DNA of 64,000 nucleotides from Salinispira sp. (GTDB lineage: Bacteria > Spirochaetota > Spirochaetia > DSM-27196 > Salinispiraceae). Positions 28,340-35,972 of this stretch are shown here, piece after piece. The translations under genes and the position numbers were made by a program. The DNA lies in the NCBI GenBank assembly GCA_965602015.1, contig OZ271918.1:32001-96000 (forward strand), read 5' to 3'. The notes under the pieces are model-generated. The model was not told the origin of the DNA, did not search any database, and saw only the letters and a program-made list of their open reading frames with translations. Within the stretch, counting starts at the first letter, position 1, and each line of letters opens with the position of its first letter.

Positions 28340-28975
28340 ATGGCAGAAGGTTTTATCGAAAAACGCCGGGAAGAAGTGATCGATGTGCTTACCGATGCCT
28401 TCGCCCGGGATCTGATCGATACCGAGGAATACGAGCGGCGGGTGGGTAAGGCTCACGAGCTCAGCAGCATTCCCGAGCTAAACGCCCTGGCGGCGGACCT
28501 CCGTCCCTTGTTTAACGAGGACGCAAAGGCCTTGAGCCTCTACCCAGCTGCGGGAGATCTCTACCTCAAGACCTATTTCGCCAGCCAGCACTACGACGGC
28601 AACTGGCTTACCAACGAGAATGTTGAGCTTAGGGCCATAATGGGCTCCATGACCTGCGATTTCCGGCGGCCGGTTCTGGGGCCCCGGACAACGGTAAACC
28701 TGCGGGTTATTATGGGCGACGTGAAAATCATCATACCCCGGGGCTTGAGAATCAGCGTGGAAGTCACGCCGATTCTCGGTGACGTGACCAGGCAGCGGGG
28801 GGACAACCGCTTTGTGCGGCAGGTGAAGGGCATCATCAGCAGTTTTCTCGGCGGCGAAGAATCCCGGGAGCTCATTAACCCCAACTCTCATCCGGCGGCT
28901 GAAATTGTTATAACCGGCAGCATCTTTATGGGCAGCCTGAAAATTATTGAGAAGGATGAATCCCTCTTTTCCTGA
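28340..28975 (+). CDS. DUF1707 (SHOCT-like) plus LiaF/DUF2154-like protein
   Basis: REEVIDVLTDAFARDLIDTEEYERRV..A...ELNALAADL N-terminus; repeated xIMGS/xIMGD beta-strand motifs. Confidence 0.7.
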   Translation: MAEGFIEKRREEVIDVLTDAFARDLIDTEEYERRVGKAHELSSIPELNALAADLRPLFNEDAKALSLYPAAGDLYLKTYFASQHYDGNWLTNENVELRAIMGSMTCDFRRPVLGPRTTVNLRVIMGDVKIIIPRGLRISVEVTPILGDVTRQRGDNRFVRQVKGIISSFLGGEESRELINPNSHPAAEIVITGSIFMGSLKIIEKDESLFS

Positions 28976-29024
28976 ATACTATTGTGATTCTGTAATGAGA
29001 GTGGGGCAGCAGCGTAATTTTTTG

Positions 29025-29175
29025 GTACTGCCCCGAAAACAGCTGATTTTACTGCAATAAACCATTATGTGAGAACGACTAGAGTGAACGTGGGCGATGC
29101 TTGCAGTGAAACGGGGGGAAATCCTCTTCCACAAACGAATAAGATGATTTAAATCAGCTGTTTTCGGGGCAGTAC
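29025..29175. mobile_element. MITE copy 2 (151 bp, inverted relative to copy 1)
   Basis: Same 25-bp TIRs; manual comparison with the reverse complement of 2344-2494 gives 10 mismatches in 151 nt and no indels. Confidence 0.85.
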
Positions 29176-29202
29176 ATATTTTTTATCGCCTCACTCTCGC
29201 GC

Positions 29203-30465
29203 TTACTCCTGTAATTTGATAAATCCCAACTCGAGACCGATATACTCCTGGGTTTTTGTGCCCTCGGGGAACAGGCCTTCTTCCCGGAAGCCGTCTTCCA
29301 GTCCGTAGACTATCTGGGTGTCGTCGCCGAAGTGGTAGAACAAGGTGCATGATATTCTCAGGCATTCGCGGTACAGACGGCGGACCTTTTTGAGTTTTTC
29401 CCTGTCGCTGAGGTCGTAGTCTCCAAGCACCGAGTGAATTTCGTCTATTGCGGCGGAAGCCTTTTCGACGGCGTCAGGGGTTACCACGACTTCGTGCCAG
29501 CCGGCCTTTATCGGGCGGGTGGTAATTTCTCCCTTCCGTTCCATTGAACGCATTCTCAAATAGAGCTGTCTGCCGGCCTGCACCAGGAAACAGCCAGGGG
29601 GTACCCGGACTTCAAGGCGTTCGCCGTTTTCCGTGTATACAAAAAGGCCCGAGTGGGTGCCCTGGGCATGAATAGCGAAGACATCGATGTCCTGGTGCAG
29701 GGCAGCCTGGACGGTTCCCGGTTTTCGGTCTTCCCAGTAGCTGGCATAGGTAGGGGCGATTTTGTGATGTCCGTCATTCATCAGGGATGTAAAATAGTCT
29801 TCCCTGAGCCCCAGCCCCTTGGCGAGCATTTGGGAAACCCGGGTCACCGGCTCGAGCATCATAATGCCGAACTCGTTCATGATTTCCCGCCAGCTATCTC
29901 TGAGCTTAGCCGATAGCTGAGCGGGAATGATGTTCCGCTCATCGGCGACGACGCTTGTTTTGCCGTCGGCTTGGAGAACCCCGACCCGTTCCCGGGGTTT
30001 TCTTCCGGTACGGGTTATCAGGTGATCCATGAAGCGGCCTTTGTGGTCCGGGTAATCGCTTCCGGGAATGGTGAAGGGCAGGTTGCCTTCGCTGAGCCGG
30101 TCGACGAATTTTCGGCAGGCGGCGCTGCTGTCGTGCTGGGAACACAGGGCGACCTCTTCGCCGATGGGGGTCGGGCCGTACTGGTAGCCCAAATCCTTGC
30201 GGAGGTCGTCGTCGGGGATTTCTATGCGCACATCTCCTCCCCTAATCTGGACTGCGGAGCAGTAGTAATCCTGCACTGCCTTGAGAAAGCGCGTTCGCAC
30301 CTTTTTGTCGAAGGCTTGGCTCTTTACCAGAGCCAGACCGTATTTATGAAGGCAGTCGCTGAGCAGTTCGGCATCATGCGGATCCTTGGAGTCCAGGTCG
30401 ATGGGTTCCATAAAATCCCGGGTGGATCGGATATCCGGATTGAACTCGCCGGTTTTATAACTCAT
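29203..30465 (-). CDS. 2-oxoglutarate/Fe(II)-dependent oxygenase (IPNS-like fold)
   Basis: HQD (HxD), distal His in GWHEVVVT, RxS in LRISCTLF; VPPGCFLVQAGRQL. Confidence 0.75.
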   Translation of the reverse strand: MSYKTGEFNPDIRSTRDFMEPIDLDSKDPHDAELLSDCLHKYGLALVKSQAFDKKVRTRFLKAVQDYYCSAVQIRGGDVRIEIPDDDLRKDLGYQYGPTPIGEEVALCSQHDSSAACRKFVDRLSEGNLPFTIPGSDYPDHKGRFMDHLITRTGRKPRERVGVLQADGKTSVVADERNIIPAQLSAKLRDSWREIMNEFGIMMLEPVTRVSQMLAKGLGLREDYFTSLMNDGHHKIAPTYASYWEDRKPGTVQAALHQDIDVFAIHAQGTHSGLFVYTENGERLEVRVPPGCFLVQAGRQLYLRMRSMERKGEITTRPIKAGWHEVVVTPDAVEKASAAIDEIHSVLGDYDLSDREKLKKVRRLYRECLRISCTLFYHFGDDTQIVYGLEDGFREEGLFPEGTKTQEYIGLELGFIKLQE

Positions 30466-30703
30466 GGTGCATCCTCTTTCTCTGTTTTTGCGGCGGTTCG
30501 CTGAAATTTCCTACAGGCACTGTGGTGTTCATAAAAATGACCTCTATCTCCATTGTACCCCGAATTTCCTTGTTCAGCGAAAAATTTCACCTGTCCCGCC
30601 CGTTGGCTTACTGTGGGCATAGGCAGAATCGAGGGCGGCAGGCGGCTTTTTTCCCGTTTTTTCCCGGAATATGATATTATTCAGCCACCGGAGGAATTGC
30701 CGA

Positions 30704-32392
30704 ATGAGGAAAACCGTTACGCCGTTTACGCTGCAACAGGCCTGGAAAGATTTCACTGCAGAGTTCGCCGACTTGCCCGCTCTGGGTTTTGTGGACGAAG
30801 AACAGATAAGCTACGCCCAGCTTGGAGAGCGGATCGCATCCATTGCCGCCGCTTTGAAAAAACGGGGGATCAACGCCGGAGACCGGGTTGCCCTGCTCTC
30901 GGAAAACCGGCCCGAATGGGTTATGGCCTATTTCGCTATTAACAGCGTCGGCGCGGTTATTGTTCCTATCCTGCCGGATTTCCCTTCGGGAGATGTTGAA
31001 AATATCCTCCGGCACAGCGGAAGCCGGATGGTCATCGTCAGCGCGAAACTGGCGAACAGGGTGGAAGAGGCCCCCGCAGACTGCGCTGTTTTCGATATAG
31101 AAGAGCTTGCCGCAGTTGATGCGGCTCCCCTGCCTGCGGGTTTGCCGGTGGTGAAGGAAGACGACACTGCGTGCATCATTTATACATCGGGAACCACAGG
31201 TCAGTCGAAAGGCGTAATGCTCAGCAATAAAAACCTGGTGTGGAATGCCTGCGCATCCAAGGATATTCCGCCGATCCATCGCAAACACCGCATGCTTTCA
31301 ATTCTTCCTCTTTCCCATACCTACGAATGTACTCTGGGTATGATACTTCCCATGATTTCCGGCGCCCATGTGCATTATATAAAGCGGCCGCCCTCCGCCA
31401 CTGTTCTGCTGCCCGCCATGGCTCATGTTCGGCCTCACCTGATGCTTTCAGTGCCCCTGCTCATCGAGAAAATATATCGCCAGTCTGTACTGCCCCGATT
31501 TTCCGGAGACAATCTCGTTGGGCGCCTGTACAAAAAGGCCTTCTTCAGAAAGATCCTCAACGGACTTGCGGGAAAGAAACTAAAACGCATGTTCGGCCGC
31601 CGCTTGTTTTTCTTTGGCATCGGCGGCGCGGCCCTGGATCCGGAGGTTGAGCAGTTTCTACGGGAAGCAAAATTCCCCTACGCGATCGGTTACGGCCTCA
31701 CCGAAACCTCGCCGCTCATTGCCGGAGCGAATGCCAAAAAGTCCCGATACCGCTCCACCGGCCCCCTGGTCCCCGGTTTGGAAGTACGGCTGGATGACGT
31801 GAATGAAGAAGGGGTCGGCGAAATCGTGGTCAAGGGCCCCAGCGTCATGCAGGGATACTACAAAAATGAGGAAAAGACCCGGGAGGTACTGAGCGAAGAC
31901 GGCTGGTTCCGCACCGGCGATCTGGGTTCATTCGACAAGGACGGGTATTTGTACATCCGCGGGCGATTAAAAAACATGATCCTTGGCCCCAGCGGTGAAA
32001 ATATCTACCCTGAGGCCATCGAATCGCTGATTAATAACATGGAGTTCGTCGAAGAATCGCTGGTGTATCAGGAAGATACCTCCATCGTCGCCCGCATTCA
32101 TCTCAATTACGAGGCCATTGCCGAATCGCTGGACAGCCTGGCGGAGAACGCGTCGCACATTCCCCAGGATATCAGCGAGTATCTCAAACACATCCAGGAA
32201 CAGGTTAACAAACAGCTGAGTAATTTTTCCCGGCTCCATCGGGTAATCGAGCAAAAAGAAGAGTTTGAGAAAACGCCGACCAAAAAGATCCGGCGTTTCC
32301 TCTACACCCTGTCCGAACGGCTCGGCGGCGACAGCGACAAAAAACACAAGGATTCACAGGATTCCCCCGGCGACGACTCAGCTGGCGAGTAA
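30704..32392 (+). CDS. Long-chain fatty-acid--CoA ligase
   Basis: IIYTSGTTGQSKGVMLS, GYGLTETSP, GWFRTGDLG, GENIYPE, EKTPTKKIRR; GGAGG RBS. Confidence 0.92.
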   Translation: MRKTVTPFTLQQAWKDFTAEFADLPALGFVDEEQISYAQLGERIASIAAALKKRGINAGDRVALLSENRPEWVMAYFAINSVGAVIVPILPDFPSGDVENILRHSGSRMVIVSAKLANRVEEAPADCAVFDIEELAAVDAAPLPAGLPVVKEDDTACIIYTSGTTGQSKGVMLSNKNLVWNACASKDIPPIHRKHRMLSILPLSHTYECTLGMILPMISGAHVHYIKRPPSATVLLPAMAHVRPHLMLSVPLLIEKIYRQSVLPRFSGDNLVGRLYKKAFFRKILNGLAGKKLKRMFGRRLFFFGIGGAALDPEVEQFLREAKFPYAIGYGLTETSPLIAGANAKKSRYRSTGPLVPGLEVRLDDVNEEGVGEIVVKGPSVMQGYYKNEEKTREVLSEDGWFRTGDLGSFDKDGYLYIRGRLKNMILGPSGENIYPEAIESLINNMEFVEESLVYQEDTSIVARIHLNYEAIAESLDSLAENASHIPQDISEYLKHIQEQVNKQLSNFSRLHRVIEQKEEFEKTPTKKIRRFLYTLSERLGGDSDKKHKDSQDSPGDDSAGE

Positions 32393-32400
32393 TTGCCCAG

Positions 32401-32490
32401 CCGGCGGCTCGGCACGCCAATAGCCGCCCGGCCGGCGGATCTGTCGCCAGGAGGCACTACCCCCGGCGATTCGGCACGCCAATAACTGCC
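32401..32490. repeat. Two 28-bp imperfect direct repeats, 62-bp period
   Basis: ccggcggctcggcacgccaatagccgcc (32401) and ccggcgattcggcacgccaataactgcc (32463); 4 mismatches. Confidence 0.6.
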
Positions 32491-32574
32491 GGCGCGGGGG
32501 TGCCCCGGCGTGTTTGTCCATAATTCTCGGCGTGAGTATATTTACCCGGTATGAAAAAAATACCGGAGGTAAAA

Positions 32575-32922
32575 ATGTCTTTTCGCGCGCTGATTTTTCT
32601 CGTTCTCGCCGTTGTCGGCGTGATTATGCCATACAGCCAACTTCCCGCCATGCTTGAGGATGGGCAGTACTCCCTCATTGATCATTTTGCGGCGGTCTAC
32701 TCCAGTCCCGAGACCGCGTTTTTCGGTTGGGACCTTGCGGTCGCGGCCTTGGCATTTATTCCCTTTCTTATCTTTGAAACCCGGAGGCATGGGATACGAT
32801 ATTGGTGGATTTCCCTCATCGGCAGCATGGTTGTGGGGCTGTCTTTCGGTTTGCCCTTCTTTCTGTTCCTTCGTGAACGAAGCCTGGCACGGGCCGGTAC
32901 CGGGGAGGCGGCTTCATCATGA
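32575..32922 (+). CDS. DUF2834-like small membrane protein
   Basis: GGAGG RBS; FFGWDL...VGLSFGLPFFLFLRE pattern. Confidence 0.7.
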   Translation: MSFRALIFLVLAVVGVIMPYSQLPAMLEDGQYSLIDHFAAVYSSPETAFFGWDLAVAALAFIPFLIFETRRHGIRYWWISLIGSMVVGLSFGLPFFLFLRERSLARAGTGEAASS

Positions 32923-33524
32923 CTAAAAAATCTATACTTCCAGCGATTGTTATTTTTATAGCTGCATTATTTTCCGGGTCTCCTTTATCAGCTGATTCCC
33001 TGCTTATTGATGATTTTTCCCGGAATGACGGAATCGCGGCGACGGGTACGGCCTGGCAGGGTTTTACCGACCGGGTTATGGGAGGCAGATCGGACATGCG
33101 CGCCGGCTTTGTGCAAGTCGCCGGAAACCGGGTCCTGCGCATGGAAGGGGATGTGTCTCTGGAAAACAACGGCGGATTCGTTCAAGTCCGTCTCCCCCTC
33201 AACAGCAATGAGCTTTCCGCAGAATCCTACTCCGGGGTTCGCATCCGGTATCGACCGAATCTCGACGGGGACTATTATATTCATCTGCGCACCCGGGGTA
33301 ACCGGCTGCCCTGGGCATATTTTGCCGGAAGTTTGGCGGAAAATCACATTGCTTCGGACCGCCCGGGCGAACTCATCAGCGAAATTCCCTGGGAGGCATT
33401 TTCCAGCGAACCGAGGGCTTCGAGGGAACTGCGGCCTGACCTGGTAAACTCAATCGCTCTGGTGGCAACAAAGACCCCCGGTCCGGTCTCCATCGACCTC
33501 ATTTCACTGGAACTGTACCGCTAG
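32919..33524 (+). CDS. CIA30 family (CBM11-like) exported protein
   Basis: WQGFTDRVMGGRS, GDVSLENNGGFVQ; signal peptide; ATGA coupling. Confidence 0.85.
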   Translation: MTKKSILPAIVIFIAALFSGSPLSADSLLIDDFSRNDGIAATGTAWQGFTDRVMGGRSDMRAGFVQVAGNRVLRMEGDVSLENNGGFVQVRLPLNSNELSAESYSGVRIRYRPNLDGDYYIHLRTRGNRLPWAYFAGSLAENHIASDRPGELISEIPWEAFSSEPRASRELRPDLVNSIALVATKTPGPVSIDLISLELYR

Positions 33525-33602
33525 CTGGGGATTTTCGAATATTATCCCGCCTCGCCTGTACCTGTGGGTATTCCCAGGCCGTCGGGCCCACAGGAGGCAG
33601 AT

Positions 33603-35063
33603 ATGAAAATCACTAACATAGCGTTTGCGCTGGTCGCGGCTGCAAGCCTTGCATTCATCGGCTGCGCCGGAATGGCTGATACAAGCGGTGCCGCACCCGA
33701 TCTTAGAGACGCACATGAATCATCAGGTAAAGAGTCCCAGGAAACCGATCCCGCGAACTCCGGGGCTCAGGACCGTTCGCCGGCGGAATTGTCCGGCATC
33801 TGGACCGGGAATCTTGCTGTCGGTAGTGATTCGCTGCCCCTGGTTTTCCGAACGGCTCAGGATGGACAGTGGGTCATGGACAGCCCAGAGCAGGGCGTTC
33901 GTGGAATTCCCGCCGAACTGGAGCTGTCGGGCTCCAGCACAGTCCGTTTCACCGTACCAAGCGCCCAGGGCTACTTCGAAGGTGCCGTAAACGCCGAAGG
34001 CAGTATTGAGGGCTCATGGGTTCAGGCGGGATTGGAGTTTCCCCTGATTCTTATTCGAAGCGATGAAGAGTCCGCGAGTCTGCGCCGGCCTCAGGACCCG
34101 GTGCCTCCCTATCCCTACCGGTCCCAGGTAGTGAACTTTGAAAATCCGGAAGCCGGGATTATCCTTGAAGGCACTCTTAGTATTCCGGAAGGGGACGGTC
34201 CCTTTCCGGCGGTGGTGCTGGTCAGCGGGTCCGGCCCCCAAAACAGGGACGAGGAAATTCTTGGGCACCGGCCGTTTCTCGTGCTCTCAGATGCCCTGAC
34301 CAGGTGGGGTATAGCGGTTCTCCGCTACGATGACCGGGGCGTCGGGCGCAGCCAGGGGGATTTCGCATCGGCAAGCAGCGAAGATTTTGCCGGCGATGCG
34401 CTCTCTGCCCTTAACTATCTTAAAAACCGACCTGAAACCGATGAAAGCCTTACCGGTCTTGCAGGTCACAGTGAGGGCGGGCTAATTGGAATTTATCTCG
34501 GCGAGCGAAACCCCGATATTTCCTTTTTGGTATTGCTGGCTCCGTCGGTGCTTCCCGGCGACCGGCAGCTCATTCTTCAAAATGAGTTGCTCATGCGCGC
34601 CAGCGGCCTAAGCGACGCTCAAATAGAGGCAAACAGCGCTATAAACCGTAGACTATATGATCTTGCGCTGGTCGACGGCGATGAAGATCAGATTGTGAGC
34701 CGGATGACCGATGTTATGCTTTCCGCCGGCCTCTCGGCGGCTGATGCCCGTGCGCAGGCTGCGGGGCTCAGAAGCTCCTGGATGAGGTTTTTCCTGAGCT
34801 ACGATCCTTCAGCGGAGATCAACAGCCTGACGATGCCCGTGCTCGCCCTGTTCGGCGGCCTGGACGTCCAGGTCGATGCAAGGGCTAATAGCGAGCCGAT
34901 TCGCTCCGAGACCATAGAAGTGCGCGTCTACCCGGGACTCAACCATCTTTTTCAAACTGCGGAGACCGGGCTGCCTTCGGAATATGGCTCAATAAGCGAA
35001 ACCATGAATCCTCAAGTGCTTGAAGATATCGCGGACTGGATTCTCAGCCGCCAGGAGGGTTAA
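33603..35063 (+). CDS. Alpha/beta hydrolase lipoprotein
   Basis: Lipobox FIGC; SGSGPQNRDE, LRYDDRG, GHSEGG nucleophile, DVQV, GLNHLFQ. Confidence 0.88.
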   Translation: MKITNIAFALVAAASLAFIGCAGMADTSGAAPDLRDAHESSGKESQETDPANSGAQDRSPAELSGIWTGNLAVGSDSLPLVFRTAQDGQWVMDSPEQGVRGIPAELELSGSSTVRFTVPSAQGYFEGAVNAEGSIEGSWVQAGLEFPLILIRSDEESASLRRPQDPVPPYPYRSQVVNFENPEAGIILEGTLSIPEGDGPFPAVVLVSGSGPQNRDEEILGHRPFLVLSDALTRWGIAVLRYDDRGVGRSQGDFASASSEDFAGDALSALNYLKNRPETDESLTGLAGHSEGGLIGIYLGERNPDISFLVLLAPSVLPGDRQLILQNELLMRASGLSDAQIEANSAINRRLYDLALVDGDEDQIVSRMTDVMLSAGLSAADARAQAAGLRSSWMRFFLSYDPSAEINSLTMPVLALFGGLDVQVDARANSEPIRSETIEVRVYPGLNHLFQTAETGLPSEYGSISETMNPQVLEDIADWILSRQEG

Positions 35064-35126
35064 GCTTAATCTGCGGGGGCTTCATGCCTCCCGCTGCGCT
35101 AAATCAGACAGCCGGAGCAAAACCGC

Positions 35127-35972
35127 GTGGATAACTTCAGAATCAGCAAAAAACCCTATTACCTGCCGATCAAGGACGAGGTGGAAACCTTTGAAAAAGC
35201 CTGGAGCGAGCGCATTCCACTCCTTCTCAAGGGGCCGACGGGCTGCGGAAAAACCCGTTTTGTGGAGTTCATGGCCTGGAAGCTGGGGCAGAAGTACAAT
35301 CCCGAGGGTGAGAACAGCAAGGCGGGACAGCAGGGCATCGGTTCGCTCTACACCGTCAGTTGCCACGAAGATCTGACCGCCCGGGACATTACCGGGCGGT
35401 ACATTATGAAGGGGGGAGAGGCCGTTTGGGTCGACGGTCCGGGCACCCGCGCGGTTCGCCAGGGAGCGATTCTCTACCTGGACGAAGTGGTTGAAGCCCG
35501 AAAGGACGTCACGGTAGTCATACATCCGCTCACGGACTACCGGCGCATCCTCCCCATCGAGACCCTGGGTACCCAGTTAAAGGCCCCTCCTTCGTTTATG
35601 GTGGTGGTTTCCTATAATCCCGGCTATCAAAGCATCCGCAAAAATCTCAAGCCCTCGACCAAGCAGCGCTTTATTGCCCTTGATTTTGACTATCCCCCAC
35701 CCGAAAAAGAGGCAAAGATAGTGGAGACCGAGGGAGGAATAGGCGCCGCCGTGGCCGAAAAGCTGGTGCTATTAGCCAGCGATATCAGGAATATTTCCAA
35801 CATCGATCTTGAAGAGGGGGTAAGCACCCGCAGCCTGGTGCACGCGGGACGGCTTATCAAACGGGGAATGCTTGCCCGGCGCGCATGCTCCCTGGCCATC
35901 GCTCAGGCGGTGTCCGACGAGCGGGAAGAGATCGACGCTATCGAGATGATCATCGACAAGATCTTCCGATGA
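35127..35972 (+). CDS. CbbQ/NirQ/NorQ family MoxR AAA+ ATPase
   Basis: LKGPTGCGKTRFVE, CHEDLTA, YLDEVVEARKD, HPLTDYRR, SYNPGYQ, LKPSTKQRF, STRSLV. Confidence 0.92.
   Translation: MDNFRISKKPYYLPIKDEVETFEKAWSERIPLLLKGPTGCGKTRFVEFMAWKLGQKYNPEGENSKAGQQGIGSLYTVSCHEDLTARDITGRYIMKGGEAVWVDGPGTRAVRQGAILYLDEVVEARKDVTVVIHPLTDYRRILPIETLGTQLKAPPSFMVVVSYNPGYQSIRKNLKPSTKQRFIALDFDYPPPEKEAKIVETEGGIGAAVAEKLVLLASDIRNISNIDLEEGVSTRSLVHAGRLIKRGMLARRACSLAIAQAVSDEREEIDAIEMIIDKIFR

Noticed and set aside
32401..32490. CRISPR array
   Set aside because: Only two degenerate units, no AT-rich leader and no cas genes.
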